From contig OZ244999.1 in the NCBI GenBank assembly GCA_965223265.1, forward strand, positions 5,248,001 to 5,312,000: a DNA stretch of 64,000 nt, given 5' to 3'. Positions 58,560-64,000 of the stretch are shown piece by piece. A model generated the notes under the pieces. The model was not told where the DNA came from and did no database searches. It saw only the letters and a program-made list of their open reading frames with translations. Numbering within the stretch: the first letter of the stretch is position 1; each line of letters starts with the position of its first letter. The position numbers and the translations under genes are program-made. This DNA is from Planctomycetota bacterium. Its GTDB lineage: Bacteria; Planctomycetota; UBA8108; SXIK01.

Positions 58560-61500
58560 CTACCCATCGGCGGAGCAGATGGCGTGGCTCAAGCACGGGA
58601 CGCTGTCTGGCGTCGCGTCGGTCGCGCAACGCCCGAAGGGCTCAGCGAGCGGCCCTGCCCCGGCATAAAGGTGAAGCAGCAACCGAATCGGATCCGCCAG
58701 GTCGACGATCCCATCGTCGTCGACATCAGCGCTCTTCCAACACTCAGTCGCTGGGGCGCCGCGAAAGAGCTGGCCGACGAGGTCGATCGCGTCGCTCAAG
58801 TTGAGCTCACCATCTGAATTCACATCGCCGCGAATGAACCGCGTGTCATCGCCATTCGACTCGACGAGCTCGCCGGTCAACGAGACTCCGTTGAGCGAAC
58901 CAAGAATCTGAAAATCGTCGCCGAGATAATTCACCGCCGCCGCAATACCGAGGTCCGGTTCGCCGGAGACAATCTCGACCACGTGAACTGGCTCCGAGAG
59001 GCTCTCCAGAGACACCGGAGGATCCAGTACGGCCCAGTACCGCACGTCTCGGTTGTGTCGTATGGCGCCGTAGACGAGATCCCAGTAGCGAATCACCTGC
59101 CGCTTGCGGTCGCCACCGAAGTCAAGATCTGCGAACACTAGGCTTGCCGGGCCAGTGGCTGTCGGATCGGTTGGCGGCTCAAAACGCTGCAGTAGCCGAA
59201 AATGCTCGCCGGATGCGGCGGACACGTCGACTTGCCACAGCGGCAATGTTTGATAGGTACACGAGGAGTAGCGCGCCACGAGGCCACGATCGCCTTCGAG
59301 CGCCAGACTCCGAGTCAGAAACTCTTCGTCGAATCGAAGCGGCGAATCAAGACTCTGTTCGCCACGCGCGCGGAACTCCAAGTTCTGGAGGCGCAACGTG
59401 TACAGCTCACCGTTCGGCAAGCGAAAATCCTGTTCGAAGCGAAAGAGGTAGCGAACGGCGTCTCCCTGTGGAATCGCAGACCAGCGAAACATCCCGGGAC
59501 CATCAGGAATCGCCAGTCCCTCCTCATAACCGACTCGCACGTCGGCAAAAAGCTCCCCGAAAAACGCGTCAGTCTCAGTGGGCAAAGCGTGGATGCCACT
59601 GGCGAACTCGACGCGGCTCTTGAGTCGCAGCGATTCTTGCGGGCTGCGCGAGTGGACGAACACCCCGCAGCTGACCGTGCCGGGCGGAATGTCGAGCTCA
59701 AAGGTCGGAGCCGGTGGCACAGAACTGCTGCGAAGGAACGGTCGAACCTGCTTCACGGCAAGGTCTCCGTTCGACTCGATCTTGAATTCGATGTCGAGAA
59801 GAACCTGACGGCGTGGATAGTCGCCGAGAGTGACCGGAAAGTCGCGATCGATGTGCCACAGCAGAGCACCTATCTCGCGTAGCTGCGCGTCGCTCAACAC
59901 CGTCTCGCCAGCGGCAACGAGCGTCGAGGGCAGCGCGCGAAAGATTTCGACGACGACGCCATCCTCGACGCGGAGAAGATTCTTCTCGGCGACGACGCCA
60001 GGTTCGGGACTCACGACACTCTCTTCGCCGACTTGCCCAGTGACGATGTAGCGGTTGTCGAGTGGTTGATCAGGATTGCCTGTGAACGCAACCCCGTTGG
60101 CGCTCTCGTCGAGGAACGCCCGACTGACGAGGAGTCCCATGGCGGTGCTCGCCTGCGGCATGCCGAAAAAGGCGCGCTCTTCGTAGGCACGAAAGTTCCA
60201 GTTACTCGCCCAAACCTTCTTCAGGGCGCGCACGATCGTGCGCTCGTTTTTCTTCGTCGGGTCGCAGAGCGACGGCCCCGACGAGTCACCGTCGAAGTCA
60301 TCGAGGACGCAGACCGACGTCGAATCGTAAAGCCCAGCGCCGTTGAACTCGAGCGCGTCCTCAGCATTCGAAGAAGAACGGAATCGGACGACCGTATCGC
60401 GCGACCCGAAAACCGACTCAATCCGCGAAGCCAGCGCAGAGACAAGTTCCGCGTCGACGGCACCATTTTCGCGCATGTGATCTCGCAGCTGCTTCAACAC
60501 GGTGAATCGCAGCTGCGAATCGCTCTCAAACTCCGGCCACGCGATGACTTCGTCGATGTACTCGTCGTAGGTCAAAAGAACAGCTGCATCCCGAGCCGAC
60601 GGAATCTGGCCCGTCCGCAGAAACTGCAAGTAGTAGTGCACCGGAATCGCGAAGCCAACCTCACGGTATTGCCCCAGCGGCCCGTCAAGAATCGCCTGGA
60701 GGCGCGCAAGGTTGCTCGCCTTGCCGCCAAAGCGGCTCTCGAGCAGCGCGCCGTCCATGTGGTTAGCGATCTCCTCGAGCCGGTCAAGCCCTTGATAGTC
60801 GGGATCGATCTCCGGCAGGACGGAGAGTTCAGGGCGGCTTTCTGCCCACCACGCTTCAGCCTCCGCGACAGTCGCGGCGTCGACGTTGAAGTCGTCGGCG
60901 CGCACCTCGAATCGGACGAGCTCGCCGTCGTGTGGACCGAAGGCTCGCGCCGCTTCGCGCACGAATGCGTTCGGGGTGCCGCGGCGGGCCGTACGCACAG
61001 CTATGTGGCTCAAGTCGCTCTGCGGCTCCGCTGTGACGACGCCGCCGACAACACCTTCGATGTCGCGCGGCGCGTGGTCGAGAACCAGGATGTCTTGAAA
61101 ACTGATACTTCCCGACGCATTGGCCGCCTCAAAGCTTGCACGCGTGTGAACACGGACCCGGCCGAATCCTACGCCTTGCGTGTAGGCTTGGAACGTCACC
61201 TCGGGACGCTCGGACTCAAAGTAGACAAAACTGGTGTCCGGCCAGGTAGCAGCGTGATCGCGTGTGATCCGGGCGTCAGGATAGTACTTGAGCGGCCTCA
61301 ACGTGACGGCTTCCAACATCTGCTGATGAATCGCCGTCACTTCCTCGAAAGTCGGGAGCTCACGGGGATCGGCGTCAAAGTTCGTCAGGACGTTGTAGCC
61401 GTAGAGCGGTCCTGTAGGAGTCGCCAACAAAAAAACGGCGCCACTGAAATAACGTCGGGTCGCGCGATCACCGACAAGTTGACTGTAGAACTCGACCGCG

Positions 61501-63944
61501 AACCGATCGGAGAATTCGGCCGCCAGGAATTGTTGGTGCAAGGGATAGCGCGCGACGTTGTGGAAAAGCGGCGGGAGAAGCTGCGGGTCGTCGGGGTCCG
61601 CGGGAAGCAGGTACTTCGTCAACCGCTGGACGCCGCCCCCTTGAGCCGATGGGATTGAGATCGAGAGGAAATCGGCTGGCGTGCAGACGCCTTCAAGATA
61701 CGTCACGCCTGAGCGGGAGATGAACTGATTCTCGACAACGGTAATGTCGAGAGTGTCGTGGTTGAGGCTCACCAGGTCTCGGTCGGTGTCGCCGTCGAGA
61801 TCCCCAATGACCGCGAAGCGAGGTCCCAATCCGACGACGACATCGCGCACCAACTCGAACCGACCATCGCCGAGATTGACGACGACAGAGAGTGTTCCGT
61901 TCGCGCTGTTGGCCGTGACGACGTCGACGCGCCCATCACCGTTCACGTCGCCTGTCACCAGAGAATGAATCGAACTCTGTATGCTGGTCGTGTTGACGAG
62001 GGCAAAGTTCCCCGCCCCATCGCCCTGAAAAAAAGACAGCGATCCTCCTCCACCGCTCACGAGATCGAGATCATCATCGCCATCGAAGTCATCGACCGCC
62101 GCGAATCGAGCCCCGAGAGTGTCGAGATCGAATCGCTCGAAGCTTCTTCCGTCGCCTCGGTTCAAAAGCACGTTCAACTGCGAAGATCCGCCGCACGCGA
62201 CGATGAGGTCCTGGTCACCGTCGCCGTCCGCGTCCGTGCCCAGAAGCGACGCGGGACCGCTTCCGACGCGAATCGTCTCGGCATTTTCAAACCCATCGCC
62301 GCCGCGGTTCACCAAAAGAGAGATCGAATTGTTGTCGCGATTCGCCGTCACGAGGTCGTCGAGTCCGTCGCCTGTCGTGTCGACGGCTCGAACATATACG
62401 GGTCCTGCACCAACGCTATAGGAGGAAGTGCGAGTGAACGATCCACGACCGTCGCCCAGCAGAACATAAATCTGTCGCTCAGAGTCGCTCATCGCCGCGA
62501 CGTCGAGATGCCCGTCACCGTTCAGGTCGCTCACGGCCATCGAGAAAAGAGCATTGGCGTTGGTCCGAAAAATCTGATCTCGAGTCGGTGACTGAAAGTT
62601 CCCCTCGCCATCATTCGGCAGGTAGTAGAGGCTGGTGGTGCCGTCGATAACAAGCAGATCTTGATCCCCATCGCCGTCGACGTCAGCTAAGGCGCCCGAA
62701 TGCGGTTCTTGGCGGATCGTGACCGGCTCCTGAGATTCCAAGCTGACGAAATGCGCCCTCTCCGCATCACCATTCCACTCCACGGTAGCGAACGTGTGAC
62801 CGCGCCCGATGATCACGAGATCTTTGTCGTCATCACCGTCGAAATCCCCTTGCGCCGTAGCGATGGCGCCGATCTTACCCGCAATATCCTGGCGCGCACG
62901 CAGCGCACCGGCGCCATCGTTGAACATGACGTACGTACCCCCGGGAGTCCGAGTCCCCGCAAGCACGTCGACGTCGCCGTCAGCATCGAAGTCGCCGAAG
63001 TCAAGCTTCGCGACCCACTTCGAATTCACCCAAAAGGGGTCGAGCGGGCTGAATTCGAAGTTGCCTCTATTGACGAATGTTCTCACGTAATCATCGCCAA
63101 CGACGATCTCGGGAAGGCCGTCTCCCGTAAGGTCAGCGATGCCGACCGACTCGGGGTGAATGCCACCCACCGGCGTCGTTGCTACGACCTCGAACGTTCC
63201 ATCTCCGACGTTCGCGAGGACAGTGAAATCGTTGGAGGTTTGGTTCGCGGACACCGCATCCAAGTCGCCATCGGCGTCGACGTCGCCCAAGGCAAGTCGC
63301 ACAGGCAGATCACCGACCGGATAGCTCACCGGCTCTGACAGGCCTCCTCCAGGCTGGCTCATGAGAACGAGGACTAAGTCGTCCGACTGGTCCGTCAGGA
63401 CGACATCGTCGAGATCGTCGCCGTCGAGATCCCCGACGCCGAGTCCGAGTAGGTTCTCGTAAGGCACGAAAGCGGCGACCTCAAAATCGCCACCGCTGTT
63501 GATCAAAAGGCGCACGCCGTCGACAAAGGCGCCAACGAGATCGATGACTCCGTCGCCGTCAAAATCTCCACCGCCCCAAAGGTTACTTCGCACCTCAAAC
63601 TCGTAGCTTCTCGTGTCGAAATCGCCACCACCGCGATTGAAAAAAACGGTCAAGCCGCCGAGATAGCTCACCGCCATGTCGAGCGCACCGTCGTCGTCGA
63701 AGTCACCGGCGACGAGATCGCGGGCGGTAGCCCCGACTCTCAACCGGAGATTGGCGCCAAAGGTGAGTGGGGCGAACTCGCACTCGTCTGGGATCGAGTT
63801 GCCGTTACAGTCCTCGCTGTGGGCACTCATGACATCGTCAATGTCAGGAGTGCTGTTACCGTTGCAGTCGTCCTGCGCCACTAGGAATGACGGAAACAAA
63901 CAGCAAACCGTGACGCCGCACGCGCACCAAACAGCCAGTCTCAT
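58560..63944 (-). CDS. Secreted FG-GAP repeat / dikinase-like (phospho-His plus PEP/pyruvate-binding ATP-grasp) / dockerin protein
   Basis: Signal peptide; DCNGNS.PD repeats; ~13 GDxDGDGxxD repeats; LSHIAVR, GGKASNL, RFRSSSNAED...GAGLYDS, DIEFK and QVRP motifs; C-terminal FIRGDVNSDG...ADVDDDG dockerin-like pair. Confidence 0.88.
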   Translation of the reverse strand: MRLAVWCACGVTVCCLFPSFLVAQDDCNGNSTPDIDDVMSAHSEDCNGNSIPDECEFAPLTFGANLRLRVGATARDLVAGDFDDDGALDMAVSYLGGLTVFFNRGGGDFDTRSYEFEVRSNLWGGGDFDGDGVIDLVGAFVDGVRLLINSGGDFEVAAFVPYENLLGLGVGDLDGDDLDDVVLTDQSDDLVLVLMSQPGGGLSEPVSYPVGDLPVRLALGDVDADGDLDAVSANQTSNDFTVLANVGDGTFEVVATTPVGGIHPESVGIADLTGDGLPEIVVGDDYVRTFVNRGNFEFSPLDPFWVNSKWVAKLDFGDFDADGDVDVLAGTRTPGGTYVMFNDGAGALRARQDIAGKIGAIATAQGDFDGDDDKDLVIIGRGHTFATVEWNGDAERAHFVSLESQEPVTIRQEPHSGALADVDGDGDQDLLVIDGTTSLYYLPNDGEGNFQSPTRDQIFRTNANALFSMAVSDLNGDGHLDVAAMSDSERQIYVLLGDGRGSFTRTSSYSVGAGPVYVRAVDTTGDGLDDLVTANRDNNSISLLVNRGGDGFENAETIRVGSGPASLLGTDADGDGDQDLIVACGGSSQLNVLLNRGDGRSFERFDLDTLGARFAAVDDFDGDDDLDLVSGGGGSLSFFQGDGAGNFALVNTTSIQSSIHSLVTGDVNGDGRVDVVTANSANGTLSVVVNLGDGRFELVRDVVVGLGPRFAVIGDLDGDTDRDLVSLNHDTLDITVVENQFISRSGVTYLEGVCTPADFLSISIPSAQGGGVQRLTKYLLPADPDDPQLLPPLFHNVARYPLHQQFLAAEFSDRFAVEFYSQLVGDRATRRYFSGAVFLLATPTGPLYGYNVLTNFDADPRELPTFEEVTAIHQQMLEAVTLRPLKYYPDARITRDHAATWPDTSFVYFESERPEVTFQAYTQGVGFGRVRVHTRASFEAANASGSISFQDILVLDHAPRDIEGVVGGVVTAEPQSDLSHIAVRTARRGTPNAFVREAARAFGPHDGELVRFEVRADDFNVDAATVAEAEAWWAESRPELSVLPEIDPDYQGLDRLEEIANHMDGALLESRFGGKASNLARLQAILDGPLGQYREVGFAIPVHYYLQFLRTGQIPSARDAAVLLTYDEYIDEVIAWPEFESDSQLRFTVLKQLRDHMRENGAVDAELVSALASRIESVFGSRDTVVRFRSSSNAEDALEFNGAGLYDSTSVCVLDDFDGDSSGPSLCDPTKKNERTIVRALKKVWASNWNFRAYEERAFFGMPQASTAMGLLVSRAFLDESANGVAFTGNPDQPLDNRYIVTGQVGEESVVSPEPGVVAEKNLLRVEDGVVVEIFRALPSTLVAAGETVLSDAQLREIGALLWHIDRDFPVTLGDYPRRQVLLDIEFKIESNGDLAVKQVRPFLRSSSVPPAPTFELDIPPGTVSCGVFVHSRSPQESLRLKSRVEFASGIHALPTETDAFFGELFADVRVGYEEGLAIPDGPGMFRWSAIPQGDAVRYLFRFEQDFRLPNGELYTLRLQNLEFRARGEQSLDSPLRFDEEFLTRSLALEGDRGLVARYSSCTYQTLPLWQVDVSAASGEHFRLLQRFEPPTDPTATGPASLVFADLDFGGDRKRQVIRYWDLVYGAIRHNRDVRYWAVLDPPVSLESLSEPVHVVEIVSGEPDLGIAAAVNYLGDDFQILGSLNGVSLTGELVESNGDDTRFIRGDVNSDGELNLSDAIDLVGQLFRGAPATECWKSADVDDDGIVDLADPIRLLLHLYAGAGPLAEPFGRCATDATPDSVPCLSHAICSADG

Positions 63945-64000
63945 TCAGAGTCCTCCTAGCCGCGATTGTACGTTGCGTCGGCGCACAATGCTCTGCTTCT

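Noticed and set aside
60033-61658. 541-aa + strand ORF and similar long antisense ORFs (21772-22935, 54446-55756, 6660-7691)
   Set aside because: They are shadow ORFs opposite well-supported genes, as expected at high GC.

Overview
A GC-rich bacterial chromosomal segment. A Planctomycetota origin is inferred from a TIGR02999-type ECF sigma remnant, a planctomycete-type dockerin-like domain, WxxWW-tailed HEAT proteins and sulfatase/sialidase genes. From left to right it carries: a frameshifted K/R/A/S/T tandem-repeat histone-like gene with its terminator; a lipoprotein, pseudo-receiver and FHA cluster; a stand-alone EF-G; a propionyl-CoA/methylmalonyl-CoA pathway cluster (birA, split mutase, epimerase, carboxylase); SRP RNA-dnaX-ybaB-recR followed by an ABC system; a low-oxygen cluster (CBS, USP, Rv2004c-like kinase, atypical cbb3 oxidase with maturation genes); a hydrolase islet next to two tRNA-Ser genes; a PhoB/PhoR-like pair; two tandem copies of a PilW/PilV/PilX-like plus HEAT-repeat cassette; and a 1794-aa secreted protein fusing FG-GAP repeats, a glucan-water-dikinase-like His/ATP-grasp module and a dockerin. 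A family of short palindromic MITE-like elements occurs at four places. No CRISPR array, rRNA or transposase was seen. The strongest candidates for an undescribed system are the secreted dikinase with its adjacent duplicated pilin cassettes, and the RRAST-repeat histone-like protein. All calls were made by eye from motifs; no database search was run.
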